Origin: Roseburia hominis
Lineage (GTDB): Bacteria > Bacillota_I > Bacilli_A > RFN20 > CAG-826
Reading direction: 5' to 3'
NCBI GenBank assembly: GCA_963642055.1
Contig: CAVIFQ010000009.1
Coordinates: 1,322 to 65,321 of the forward strand
Length of the DNA: 64,000 nt
In this document: piece after piece, positions 18,168 to 28,218 of the stretch
Layout: every line of letters starts with the position of its first letter
Position numbering within the stretch: the first letter of the stretch is position 1
Notes under the pieces: model-generated
Told to the model about the DNA's origin: nothing
What the model saw: only the letters and a program-made list of their open reading frames with translations
The model's database searches: none
Translations under genes and position numbers: made by a program

Positions 18168-18225
18168 TTTTATTACCAACCATTTTATCACCAACCAAAA
18201 ATGAAAAAAATGGTTGGTAATAAAT
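18168..18225 (+). repeat. right copy of about 58-bp direct repeat bracketing 16746..18155
   Basis: TTTTATTACCAACC ATTTTATCACCAACC AAAAATGAAAAAAA TGGTTGGTAATAAAT. It starts next to the gene's RBS. Confidence 0.9.
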
Positions 18226-18552
18226 TGTCGTTATTCCGTTATTTGTTTCTAGTGAATAGGCTTAAACGTGTCCCGATTATATCGTTATTTGTTTCCGCTG
18301 AATTCGTGCCTTTCATATCGAAAGACTAGGATAATGTCCGCTCATTTCATATCGGCGCGAAAGCGTTGATAAATGTCGACCGCCTTTTGACATCCGAGAG
18401 GCGACAACAAATAAGAGAATAATGACAAACTTCGGTTATTTTGGGGCCGTCAAGAAAGAGCCCCTATAAAAAGAAGGTGAATGATGATAAATTTAACTCG
18501 GTTCAAACCGAGTCGGATTAAACCGAGTAAAACAAGGAAGGATGGTTCAGCC

Positions 18553-19944
18553 ATGAGATTCATCGGAAGAGAAGAGGAAAGCACGAAGATAAAGAAAGCC
18601 GTTGAGGCGGATGAGCTAAGAACCATTTTGATGTACGGGAGACGGAGAGTCGGGAAAAGCGAGCTCATCAAGCATGTGAGCAAGGATTATGCGGATAATA
18701 CGATTTATTACGAATGCAAAGAGGTCTCGGAAAAGAGCAACGTAAGCGGCTTATGCGAGGTTCTATCCGATCGCCTCAATCTCCCAAAACTTGCTTTCGC
18801 AGATTTGGAGTCCACCCTCAAGTTCATCTTTGAACTATCCAAAACGAGGAAGCTCATTTTGGTGCTTGATGAATACCCATATCTAAAGAAAACAGTTTCA
18901 GGCATCGACAGCATCCTTCAATCATTGATCGATACCTATAAAGACGAGGCCAAACTCACTTTCATTTTGCTTGGCTCATATATCGATATCATGTCTTCGC
19001 TCTTAGAAGCGAGCAATCCGATGTATGGACGCGTGGATCTGACTATCGACTTAAAACCGATGGATTATTACGATTCGTCTCTCTTTTACCCTTCTTTCTC
19101 GAGCGAAGACAAAGTGAGGCTATATGCTGTTTTCGGCGGCATCCCTTATTACAACCGCCTGATTGATGAGACGAAAAGCGTCAAAGACAACATCAAAGAG
19201 CTCATCGCTTCTGATGGGGCCCGCTTAGAAAACGAGATTCCCCTCTGCTTAAGCGCGGAAATCAAGAAAATCGTGAACGCGAATGAGGTATTTGCCGCCC
19301 TTGCGAAAGGCTACTCAAAGTACGGCGATATCCTCTCGCAGTCCCATGTCTCGAGCGGACCGACGCTCGTCGATGTGCTCGATAAGCTCATAAAGATGGA
19401 ACTCATCGAGAAAGTGAATCCCATCAATGAGGAGAATAACAAAAAGAGGACGAGCTACTCTATCTCCGATAACCTCTCCTTCTTTTATTATAGGTATATA
19501 TTCAGCCACTCTTCAGAGATGAAGATAATGAGCGCTGAATCCTTTTACGATAAATACATCGAGCGTGATTTCGAGGAGCAATATGTGCCGCATCTTTTCG
19601 AAAAAGTCTGCAAAGAATACCTCATTAGGCAAAATAAAGCCGGGAAGATCGATCCCGTTCTCGAAAAGATCGGCAAATATTATTACGACTGCCCGAAAGA
19701 GCATAAAAATGGCGAGTTCGATGTGGTGAGCCTCGATAGCGGTGGCTATATCTTTTACGAAGCCAAATTCAGCAAGAAGCCAATCGATGATGCGACGATC
19801 GAAGAAGAGATAAAGCAAGTAGATATGACGGGATTAGACTGCTACAAGTATGTTTTTATCGGCAAGGAAATGAAGGCTAAAACAAAACGTGATGATGTAA
19901 AATTTATCAATCTAGATGAGTTTTACGGAGATTTTGGCGATTGA
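18553..19944 (+). CDS. AAA/Arch-ATPase family protein with C-terminal PD-(D/E)xK-like motif (DUF234-type)
   Basis: Start moved to MRFIGREEE (RBS AAGGAAGGA upstream). Walker A YGRRRVGKSEL, Walker B LVLDEYPY, nuclease-like GEFDVVSLDSGGYIFYEAKF. Confidence 0.8.
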   Translation: MRFIGREEESTKIKKAVEADELRTILMYGRRRVGKSELIKHVSKDYADNTIYYECKEVSEKSNVSGLCEVLSDRLNLPKLAFADLESTLKFIFELSKTRKLILVLDEYPYLKKTVSGIDSILQSLIDTYKDEAKLTFILLGSYIDIMSSLLEASNPMYGRVDLTIDLKPMDYYDSSLFYPSFSSEDKVRLYAVFGGIPYYNRLIDETKSVKDNIKELIASDGARLENEIPLCLSAEIKKIVNANEVFAALAKGYSKYGDILSQSHVSSGPTLVDVLDKLIKMELIEKVNPINEENNKKRTSYSISDNLSFFYYRYIFSHSSEMKIMSAESFYDKYIERDFEEQYVPHLFEKVCKEYLIRQNKAGKIDPVLEKIGKYYYDCPKEHKNGEFDVVSLDSGGYIFYEAKFSKKPIDDATIEEEIKQVDMTGLDCYKYVFIGKEMKAKTKRDDVKFINLDEFYGDFGD

Positions 19945-19988
19945 TGGGTTTTATTCCCTTGATTTTTAACGAGGAAAGACGCTGATTT

Positions 19989-21458
19989 TTAATTACCGCT
20001 GGTTTCAGTTGCTGCTGTCTTCGCTTCATTCTTCCCTAACGAGGCAAAGACTTTTTTCTCGGTGCAGAGGATGGTCGGTATATAGACTAGATCTACAAGA
20101 ATCCAGCTGATGGGGAAAGCCGCATATAGCCAGAAGATCGTATGGAATTCGGGGATATTGAAGAGAGTATATATAAAGAGGATACGCAAACCCGTGCAGC
20201 CTACTAGAGTGATGATGGCCGGGGAAGTGCTGTGCCTCATGCCGCGTAGATATGCCGCGCAGATGCCCATGATGCCATCAAGCCAATAAGTGAAGGCCAT
20301 GATGAATAAGCGTTCTTGCCCAGCGGATAAAGCAAGCGAGAGATTGAGCCCTTCTTCATCGACCATGAAGACCCCAAGCATCTTTTTCGGCATAATCCCG
20401 CAGAATAAAGCAAAGATACCCCATGCGATGAGCATCCAGATAGTGGAGTACCAGAAGGATTTTCGGATATTCTCGACTTTTCTTGCCCCGTAATTTTGGC
20501 CGACGAAAGCCACGGTGGCAGCCGCGAAAGAGTCAATGAGGGCGAATAGGTAGCCCTCAACCTGCGCACTCGCGCTGGACCCGGAGATAATTTCGTTTAT
20601 GCCAACGAGTTCCCCGTTGATGCGGTAATCGGTGATGGTATATAGGGATGACTGGATCAAGACGTTCGGGATCGAGAAAGCTAAACCTTGAATACCGGCG
20701 GGAAGGCCAATCGAGAGAATCTCTTTGAGGGCCAAAGAGTCGATGCGCATTTTCTTCCAGTGGACATAAGTAAAGCCCTTGCGGTTAAAGGTAAGGCAAA
20801 CCACAACGAGCACCGCACTGACGAGCTCGCTTAAAACGGTGGCCCAGGCTACACCTGCCACATCAAGATTAAAGGAGATGACGAAGAGGAAATCGAAGGC
20901 CACATTTACCATGCCAGAGGCCATTAAGATATAGAAAGGGCGTTTGGAATCCCCTAAAGCGCGCATGATCTGGGAGCCGTAGTTATAAATCATTAAGAAG
21001 GGCATGCCCACGAAATAGACGCGGAGATACTCAGCCGATTTATCGATGATGGCAGCAGGTGTCCCCATCCACTCAAGGAAATAATGGGAGAGGAAGAAGC
21101 CGAAGACGCCGACGAGTATACCCGTCAATAAGCCGATGATGAGCGAAGTATGGAGGATGCGCTCGGCTCTTTCCGGGTTTTTCGCGCCTTTGGCATTGCC
21201 CATCGCCACATTCGCCCCGAGCGGGATCGAGGTGAAGACGGTGATGATGAGATTGATGAGGACGCTGTTGCTACCTATCGCGGTCATCGATAAGGTGCCG
21301 CCTCCGAAATAAGTGACCGTCAATAAGTCGACGGTGGTGTAAAGAAGCTGGAAGATGGTCGTTAAGGCTAAAGGCAAAGCGAAAAGCGGTATTTTGAGGA
21401 ACAAGTTGCCTTCCGTTAAGTCGTTTTCCTGTTTGTTGCGTTTGAAGAATGTTCTCAT
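19989..21458 (-). CDS. MATE family efflux transporter
   Basis: 489 aa, 12 TM. N-terminal LFALPLALTTIFQLLYTTVDLLTV typical of MATE proteins. Confidence 0.85.
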   Translation of the reverse strand: MRTFFKRNKQENDLTEGNLFLKIPLFALPLALTTIFQLLYTTVDLLTVTYFGGGTLSMTAIGSNSVLINLIITVFTSIPLGANVAMGNAKGAKNPERAERILHTSLIIGLLTGILVGVFGFFLSHYFLEWMGTPAAIIDKSAEYLRVYFVGMPFLMIYNYGSQIMRALGDSKRPFYILMASGMVNVAFDFLFVISFNLDVAGVAWATVLSELVSAVLVVVCLTFNRKGFTYVHWKKMRIDSLALKEILSIGLPAGIQGLAFSIPNVLIQSSLYTITDYRINGELVGINEIISGSSASAQVEGYLFALIDSFAAATVAFVGQNYGARKVENIRKSFWYSTIWMLIAWGIFALFCGIMPKKMLGVFMVDEEGLNLSLALSAGQERLFIMAFTYWLDGIMGICAAYLRGMRHSTSPAIITLVGCTGLRILFIYTLFNIPEFHTIFWLYAAFPISWILVDLVYIPTILCTEKKVFASLGKNEAKTAATETSGN

Positions 21459-21547
21459 AGCAAACTGAGAGTCTACTCTCTTTTATCTCCCTTTCTAGCG
21501 AAATGCGACATATAAGAGCGAGTTCGTTCAAAATCTATGATAGGCGC

Positions 21548-23230
21548 TTATTCTTCCTTCTTTTCTATGAAGTAGCAGTCCTTCGTCAAGGCTGGCTTAT
21601 TGTTCAGCACCTTCTCTTCTTCGAGCGTGAGGATGAAGAGAAGCCCATCGCCATAGTCAAAGGAGCTATTCACGCTGAGGGAGAGATAGGAATTCGAGTT
21701 CACGCTTAAGCGGAGGAGCCCGTTTTTGCTTCTAGAGAAAGAAGAAGGGTCTTCTTTGATGAGGCTCTCGCCTGCGTTTAGTCTCTTCAAAAACGGGAAA
21801 GGCGTATCGAGAGTCAAAAGCGAGATATTGGCTTTGCCGGTCTCTAAGATGTTGCTGAGGCTTTTGGAGGAACGGGGGAGAGCGAGAGCGAATTTATCAC
21901 CCTCTTCATTGATGGGGAAGAAGGTATCAACGATAGAGACATCGTCGATTTCGTCTTTGCTGATGGAGAAAAGAGACAAAAGCGGGGAAGAGAGAGCCTT
22001 TCTAATAGAGATCGAGGGCTCTTCGCTCTTTTTGATGTCGTCAGCAATCTCTGCTGATAAAGAATCAAGGGAGGATAGCTGTTCCTCTTTGAGAGTGGAG
22101 AGGAAAGAGACGGAAGAGAGAAGGATCTTGGTGTCTTTCATCTCCGAGATGATATTCGCAATATCTGCCTTCGCTTTCGGGGCCCAAGAGCCGCTTTCGA
22201 TGATGGCGAAACTGCGTTTCTGGAAGTTATGCGATTTTAAGCATCGGAGATATTCGCCGATCTTGTTATAGCATTCTCCATCGATCGTGCTCGAGGCGAT
22301 GACGATTGTGTGGGCGCGGAAGCTTTCGGCGAGGAGGTAGCTCATATCGGTCTTGCTGACGTCGAATATGGCTAGATTACTCACGCCTTTTTGGTTGAGC
22401 TTGCTAGATAAAACATCGACCGCATTCGCGGTGTTGCCGTATATGGAGGCGTAGACGAGCAAAACCCTATCATCTTCCTCAGGCTCATAAGAGGCCCATT
22501 TCTTGTAGGCATTTAGAAGTACATCGAGATTGCCTTTCAAAAGCGGTCCGTGGAGAGGCGCAATCATCTCGATATCGAGCGTGGCGGCTTTCGCGAGGAC
22601 CTTATTCACGGCATCGCCGAATTTGCCGACGATGTTCGTGTAGTATCTTCTAGCCTCATCTAGATGCTCTTCCTTGTATTTATCCATGCGGCAATAGAGA
22701 TTGCCGTTTAAGGCGCCGAAAGTGCCAAAGGCATCGGCGCTGAAAAGGATTTTATCTTTCTCTTCGTAAGCGAAAGTGACTTCAGGCCAGTGGACGAGCG
22801 GGGCTGAAACAAAATGGAAGCGGTGAGCGCCGATCGATAAGAGGTCGCCATCTTTGATGAGAAGGAATTTGGCCTCGATCTTCGGGAAGAAATTGAGGAG
22901 GAATTTCTGGCCTAAGGCGCTTGTGACGATGGTGAGCTCTGGATGTAACTCCAAAAGGCGCTTGATGGCGAAAGAGTGATCGGGCTCAAGGTGGCTCACG
23001 ATAAGATAGTCGAGCTTCCTCTCTCCGAGCACATAAGCGATATTCTCATAGAAGAGCTCGCTGACGCTCGTATCTACAGTATCGAGGAGGCAAGTTCTTT
23101 CATCTAGATACAAATAGCTGTTGTAGCTGACTCCATCTGGGATAGGGTAGCTATTCTCGAATAAGGAGAGACGGCGGTCGCTCCCTCCCACGTAATATAG
23201 GCTCTCGTTTATCTTTCTTTCGTTATGCAT
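21548..23230 (-). CDS. flavodiiron protein (metallo-beta-lactamase + flavodoxin) with extra C-terminal flavin-reductase-like domain
   Basis: Diiron motif SHLEPDHS, flavodoxin-like VLLVYASIYGNTA, plus about 160 extra C-terminal residues. Confidence 0.85.
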   Translation of the reverse strand: MHNERKINESLYYVGGSDRRLSLFENSYPIPDGVSYNSYLYLDERTCLLDTVDTSVSELFYENIAYVLGERKLDYLIVSHLEPDHSFAIKRLLELHPELTIVTSALGQKFLLNFFPKIEAKFLLIKDGDLLSIGAHRFHFVSAPLVHWPEVTFAYEEKDKILFSADAFGTFGALNGNLYCRMDKYKEEHLDEARRYYTNIVGKFGDAVNKVLAKAATLDIEMIAPLHGPLLKGNLDVLLNAYKKWASYEPEEDDRVLLVYASIYGNTANAVDVLSSKLNQKGVSNLAIFDVSKTDMSYLLAESFRAHTIVIASSTIDGECYNKIGEYLRCLKSHNFQKRSFAIIESGSWAPKAKADIANIISEMKDTKILLSSVSFLSTLKEEQLSSLDSLSAEIADDIKKSEEPSISIRKALSSPLLSLFSISKDEIDDVSIVDTFFPINEEGDKFALALPRSSKSLSNILETGKANISLLTLDTPFPFLKRLNAGESLIKEDPSSFSRSKNGLLRLSVNSNSYLSLSVNSSFDYGDGLLFILTLEEEKVLNNKPALTKDCYFIEKKEE

Positions 23231-23308
23231 AGAGTCCCCCCAAAAAAAGCCTATAAAGGCTTGCTTAACTATAAACCAAAGCGAAACTCTTGCAAGCGGA
23301 GTGCTAGA

Positions 23309-24040
23309 ATGAGGGGCATGGAAAAGAATTACGAGCGTCTAAAAGGACTTATCCAAAAGGGCGATAAAGTGGTCTTTTTGGGTGGGGCGGGCGTGAGCAC
23401 CGGCAGCGGGATCCCCGATTTTAGGAGCGAGACCGGCCTCTACAAAATGAAAGAGGAATACGGGGTATCCTACGAGACGATACTATCGGCGTCGTACTTC
23501 TATGCCCATCCCGATACTTTCTATTCCTTCTATTTCGAGAAGATGGTCTATCCTGAGGCAAAACCGTCTAAAGCGCACATCGCTTTGGCTGAGTATGAAC
23601 GCAAGGGCGGGGATATCACGATCTTGACGCAGAATATCGACGGGCTTCACCAGAAGGCGGGTAGTCATAAGGTGATTGAACTACACGGATCCACGCTTTC
23701 CTATCACTGCTTGAAGTGCCATAAGAAATACGCTTTATCCGATTTGAAATACGGGGTTACGCCATATTGCTCATGCGGCGGGCTCATTAAGCCTGATGTG
23801 ACATTATATGAAGAGGCGCTTGATGAAAAAGCGATATATGAAGCTATAGAATCTCTGCAAAAAGCCGATATTTTGATCGTAGGAGGCACTTCCTTAAGGG
23901 TGTATCCGGCGGCTGGCCTCATCCAATATTTTTCAGGGCGGAAGAGCATCCTCATCAATAAAGAGGCCACGCCCTTGGATTCCTTTTTCGATGAAAGAGT
24001 TCACGAAGATGTGGGGGAAGTATTATCCTTTTCACTATGA
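23309..24040 (+). CDS. cobB: NAD-dependent protein deacylase, Sir2 family (start 23309 or 23318)
   Basis: GAGVSTGSGIPDFRS, QNIDGLH, Zn-binding CLKCHKKY...CSCGG, GTSLRVYPA. Confidence 0.85.
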   Translation: MRGMEKNYERLKGLIQKGDKVVFLGGAGVSTGSGIPDFRSETGLYKMKEEYGVSYETILSASYFYAHPDTFYSFYFEKMVYPEAKPSKAHIALAEYERKGGDITILTQNIDGLHQKAGSHKVIELHGSTLSYHCLKCHKKYALSDLKYGVTPYCSCGGLIKPDVTLYEEALDEKAIYEAIESLQKADILIVGGTSLRVYPAAGLIQYFSGRKSILINKEATPLDSFFDERVHEDVGEVLSFSL

Positions 24041-24651
24041 GCACTTACTACGTCTTTAAGCATCTATATACCATTACCAAACACCGGCATCGGGTGTTGA
24101 GAAACGCCTTCCATATGGGCATCTTCTTTTTCGCGCTTCATCATGACATCACGAAGCTCTCGCCAAAAGAATTCTGGAAGAGCGCGAAATATTATCAGGG
24201 TACTTCCTCTCCGATTTATGCTCAGCGCTGCCACGAGAATTATTTTTCCTCTATTTGCCAGCACCATGTGCGCCATAACCCCCATCACTGGGAATACTGG
24301 ACCGATTTCTTCAACGGGTATCTTTTTATCAAGACAATGCCATATAAATGGGCGGTGGAATATGTCTGCGACACCTTAAGCGCCTCGATGGTCTATGCGG
24401 GGAAAAACTATCAAAGGCAGATGACGCTTGATTATTTCCTTCTCCATTCCCCGCATTTCTATATGAGCGAGGCCACGAAAGAATTCGTCACCTATTGCTT
24501 AAAAGAGTACAGCGAGCACGGCTGGAAGAATCTCAAAAGGAAGAATACCTACGCCGTCTATAAAGAGATAACCTCGCGCCACCCGGAGGTGGAGATAGTG
24601 ACTTCCTTGCGTCCTGGCGAGCATCTCCCTCCCCAAATCAAGGATGAATGA
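24037..24651 (+). CDS. hypothetical His-rich protein (possible metal-binding; DUF-type)
   Basis: ATGA overlap with cobB. Motifs ALHHDITK and HHVRHNPHHWEYW. No confident family assignment. Confidence 0.55.
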   Translation: MSTYYVFKHLYTITKHRHRVLRNAFHMGIFFFALHHDITKLSPKEFWKSAKYYQGTSSPIYAQRCHENYFSSICQHHVRHNPHHWEYWTDFFNGYLFIKTMPYKWAVEYVCDTLSASMVYAGKNYQRQMTLDYFLLHSPHFYMSEATKEFVTYCLKEYSEHGWKNLKRKNTYAVYKEITSRHPEVEIVTSLRPGEHLPPQIKDE

Positions 24652-24707
24652 GATAGAACCCTTAAGGGTTTGCAAGTTAACATTTCGCGTAGTATCTTCC
24701 TACTCGT

Positions 24708-25127
24708 ATGAAAAACAAATTCGTGGTTATCGGCTGTGGGCGCTTCGGGGCAAGAGTAGCCAATACAAGTAGCAAAGAAGGGGAAAACGTCGTCATTATC
24801 GATAAAGACGCCTCCTCTTTCGATCGGCTTGATGAGGATTACAGCGGCTATACCATCACTCTCGATGCCACCGATATCCCTTCTTTGGAAGAAGAAGGAT
24901 ACATCAAAGACGCTTACCGTGTCTTGATTGCCACAGGTGACGATAACGTCAATCTACTCCTTTCCCATGTTGCCTCTTCAATATATGAGGTAGGCGAGAT
25001 TTATGTCCGCTTCAATGACCCCTCTTTCTCGAATCTAGTGAAGGGGATGAACATCAAAGCCATCTATCCTTTCGAATTATCATTACGTAAATACCAATTG
25101 CTCTCGGGCGGAAGGAGAGGGCAATGA
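24708..25127 (+). CDS. TrkA-N/KtrA-like NAD-binding K+ uptake regulatory subunit
   Basis: Rossmann motif VVIGCGRFGARVA. 139 aa. Overlaps the next gene (ATGA). Confidence 0.72.
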   Translation: MKNKFVVIGCGRFGARVANTSSKEGENVVIIDKDASSFDRLDEDYSGYTITLDATDIPSLEEEGYIKDAYRVLIATGDDNVNLLLSHVASSIYEVGEIYVRFNDPSFSNLVKGMNIKAIYPFELSLRKYQLLSGGRRGQ

Positions 25128-25882
25128 AGATCGTTATCGTGAACGGCGGGAAAAGCGCCTCCTATATCATCAACATGTTCAAAAGCCGCAAGAACGAGCT
25201 GATTGTCATCAATAGCAACCACCTCGAGGCGGAAGAGCTCGTGAAGAAAGAGCATATCGCCGTTTACGTTGGCTCGCCATTTAGGGAATACGTGCTCGAA
25301 GAAGCAGGAGTGAGGGATGCCGATGTCTTCGTCGCTTTATGCGAAAAAGACGCCGACAATTACGCTTCCTGCATTTTGGCCAAGAAAGTCTTCGACGTGA
25401 AGAAAGTCATCTGCGCGGTCAATGACCCGCGTAATGTCGATCTTTTCAAGAAGCTCGGGATAGATTCGGTCATCTCTAGCACTTATCTTCTCGCCCAGTC
25501 CATCCAAAGCGAATCATCGCTTGATTCGCTCATCAAGACGCTTTCTCTCGATAACGACAAAGTGAACGTCATCGAGTCGATGGTCCTTTCAAAGCATAAG
25601 ATCGCGAATAAGCGCCTTATGGATATCGACTTCCCGAAATACGCCTCGATCGCCGCGATTTATCGCTCTTTCCAGATCATCATTCCTAACGGCCAAATCG
25701 TCTTAAAGCCGCGCGATATCTTAATGATCGTCACGGCACCCGAGAATCACCAGAATATCCTTGCTTACTTAACGGCCGAGAAAGACCGGAGTGAGATCAA
25801 GCAAGAGGTGCGCGCGAAAATCGGCGAAACCAAAGAAAAAGGCAAGCGCGCCGTCAAAGATAAGCTCAAGAAAGGCAAATGA
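25124..25882 (+). CDS. TrkA-like K+ uptake regulatory protein (RCK N + C domains)
   Basis: Operon context between a TrkA-N gene and a TrkH gene. RCK-C-like C-terminal half. Confidence 0.7.
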   Translation: MKIVIVNGGKSASYIINMFKSRKNELIVINSNHLEAEELVKKEHIAVYVGSPFREYVLEEAGVRDADVFVALCEKDADNYASCILAKKVFDVKKVICAVNDPRNVDLFKKLGIDSVISSTYLLAQSIQSESSLDSLIKTLSLDNDKVNVIESMVLSKHKIANKRLMDIDFPKYASIAAIYRSFQIIIPNGQIVLKPRDILMIVTAPENHQNILAYLTAEKDRSEIKQEVRAKIGETKEKGKRAVKDKLKKGK

Positions 25883-27531
25883 GCATGAAGAAGAAAGAGA
25901 GAGCGGAATCTAAAGGCTTCCGCTTGGTGTTTGGGTATCTCGGCGTTTTCCTTGCCCTCATCGGCTTACTGAGCCTCTTCCCGCTTTTGATGCTCGCCTT
26001 TTATCCCGATGAGTATGAATGCTGGCCTTTTTTCTTCATTCCCTCTTCCGTCTATATCGTAGTAGGGCTCCTTCTCTATTTCCTTTTTCTATTTAAGCGG
26101 AAAGCCGCCCGCTTCGCGCGCTTTGAGAATAGCCAACTCTTAATGCTCGCCTGGATCCTTGCCGTCTTATCGGGCGCCCTTCCTTTCTTCCTCGCTTTTT
26201 GCTTTGGCAGAATGGACATGGATTTCAATGAATCGATCTTTGAATCCGCGAGCGCTTATAGCACCACTGGCCTCACCGTCTTCAAAGACTATCTTGATGT
26301 CACTGGCGCTTTCTCCCCGCACGTCTACTGCTTTCACCGTTCCTTCATGCAGTTTATCGGTGGTGTCGGCTTGGTCCTTGTGCTTGAAAGCGTTCTTGGC
26401 ACGAGCAGCACGACCTTATACGCTTCCGAGGGCCACAGCGACAAATTGCTCCCCTCGATTGGGAAAAGCGCGCGCCTTATTTTCACGATTTACGCTGGCT
26501 ATACCCTCTTTGGGGCCATCCTTCTTTTCTTCTCCGGGATGGATGTATTCGACGCCATCAATCACTCGATGTGCGCCTTAAGCGGCGGTGGTATGTCCAC
26601 GTATTCCTCTAACGTCGCTTACTTCAACGTCTCGGAGGGAAATGGCATTTTCCCCGCAAATCCGATTGCGATTGAGATTATTTTGATGCTTCTAGTTATT
26701 CTATCTGGCATCTCTTTCCTCATGCACACCTTCATTCTTCGCTTCAAAGTCAAGGCGTTTGCCAAAGACGATGAGGTGCGCTTCGCTTTCTCGCTTATGG
26801 TCATTGCTTCGCTTTTGATGTCTTTCTCGGGCACTCTTAACCTCATGAATGCGAATGGGCTCTCTTTCTCGGATAATTTCGGGAAGGGCGTAAGAGAATC
26901 GACTTTCTACGTCATTGCAAGCGCGACTACCTCTGGTTTTGCCAACACCTCTTTGGGGGATATGCTTTTGCTTGGCAAGCCGCTTCTATGGACCTGCACG
27001 ATTTTGATGATCATCGGCGGCGGGGCTGGAAGCTGCGGAGGCGGCATCAAGCAATATAGGGTGGCTGTCTGCCTCAAAGACCTCTTCTATAGCCTCAAGT
27101 ACCGTTTCTCGCCGACGCATCAGATCAATCCGCGGAAAACATATCGATACGGCAAACTCTCGCCCCTTGATGATGGGACCGTGAAAGAGGCCTATAGCTA
27201 TAGCCTCCTCTTCCTCCTCGTCTTCATGCTTTCGGTACTGATTCTCACTTTCCTCCCCGAGTTCGATGCCGAGGAAGCGGCTTTTGATGTGGCGAGCGCG
27301 ATGAGCAATACGGGTTTGACCGCCACCGATTTCGTGCTGTACGGGAAGCGTTACGTCTACGCCTATCCTATCGCCTTATGGACCCTCAGCGCCGGGATGA
27401 TTCTAGGAAGATTAGAGATTATGCCGCTTTTCTTCGCCTTCAGGAATATACGCGAAGAGATTGTCTATGCCCGGACCCAAAAGCGGCTCAGCAAAGCGAA
27501 AAAAGAGTATCTTGAGGAAGAAGACTATTAA
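25879..27531 (+). CDS. TrkH/KtrB family K+ transporter membrane subunit
   Basis: 550 aa polytopic protein. Repeated pore-loop-like segments (SAYSTTGLTV, ALSGGGMST, ATTSGFAN, MSNTGLTA). Confidence 0.82.
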   Translation: MSMKKKERAESKGFRLVFGYLGVFLALIGLLSLFPLLMLAFYPDEYECWPFFFIPSSVYIVVGLLLYFLFLFKRKAARFARFENSQLLMLAWILAVLSGALPFFLAFCFGRMDMDFNESIFESASAYSTTGLTVFKDYLDVTGAFSPHVYCFHRSFMQFIGGVGLVLVLESVLGTSSTTLYASEGHSDKLLPSIGKSARLIFTIYAGYTLFGAILLFFSGMDVFDAINHSMCALSGGGMSTYSSNVAYFNVSEGNGIFPANPIAIEIILMLLVILSGISFLMHTFILRFKVKAFAKDDEVRFAFSLMVIASLLMSFSGTLNLMNANGLSFSDNFGKGVRESTFYVIASATTSGFANTSLGDMLLLGKPLLWTCTILMIIGGGAGSCGGGIKQYRVAVCLKDLFYSLKYRFSPTHQINPRKTYRYGKLSPLDDGTVKEAYSYSLLFLLVFMLSVLILTFLPEFDAEEAAFDVASAMSNTGLTATDFVLYGKRYVYAYPIALWTLSAGMILGRLEIMPLFFAFRNIREEIVYARTQKRLSKAKKEYLEEEDY

Positions 27532-27565
27532 AAATGCGTTACAATAAAGGCAGGAGGTGAAAATT

Positions 27566-27979
27566 ATGATCATCGATGAAATCAAAAAAGCCAATATCGA
27601 GGCCATGAAGGCGCATGATGCTGACAGTCGAAGCGCTTTCTCGATCCTTATCTCCCGTTATATGGAACTAAAGACGAGCGGCGCGAACAAAGAAGTGAGC
27701 GATGCCGATATGGTGCACATCATCCAGAAGCTCGACAAAGAGCTCGACGAAGAGAAAAGCAGCTACCTGAAAGCTGGGAGAAATGAAGCGATTGCCGCTC
27801 TAGAAGCCCAGAAAAAGGCGTTGGCCCGTTTCCTTCCTAAGCAATTAGAGGAAGATGAGATCAAAGCCATCATCGCCACGCTCGAAGATAAGAGCTTGCC
27901 GAGCGTCATGAAGCACTTCAAGAGCAACTACGCTGGCAAAGTCGATATGGGGCTCGTGAGCAAAATCGCCCGCGGATAG
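27566..27979 (+). CDS. GatB/YqeY domain protein
   Basis: Start moved to the ATG 6 nt after AGGAGGTG. MIIDEIKKANIEAMKAHD... typical YqeY N-terminus. Confidence 0.8.
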   Translation: MIIDEIKKANIEAMKAHDADSRSAFSILISRYMELKTSGANKEVSDADMVHIIQKLDKELDEEKSSYLKAGRNEAIAALEAQKKALARFLPKQLEEDEIKAIIATLEDKSLPSVMKHFKSNYAGKVDMGLVSKIARG

Positions 27980-28218
27980 AAAGCAATAAAGCGGAAATCT
28001 CCGCAAAAAGCGGTTGGTTCATGCGAAAAAAGAGATCGTTGTCCTACTTGGGCGACGGTCTTTTCGTTCTTTAGGACCCTTTCAAGAGAAAAAACGACGC
28101 TTCTTTTGACGATGCCCAAACCATTTTCTGTGATGAAAAAGAAACTCGCGTCAACCCTCTTTATTGGGGTCGAAGCCCCTTTTCTTATGCTACAATATGG
28201 AGAAAGGAGGGCACATCA

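Noticed and set aside
7400-19944. Calling the island a mobile element or prophage
   Set aside because: No integrase, transposase, recombinase, or conjugation or phage structural genes are visible. Only repeats and conflict-type genes are present, so mobility is an inference, not a feature call.
24652-24707. c-di-AMP (ydaO-type) riboswitch upstream of the K+ uptake operon
   Set aside because: The leader is only about 55 nt, too short for that riboswitch, and I could not find the conserved pseudo-symmetric helices.
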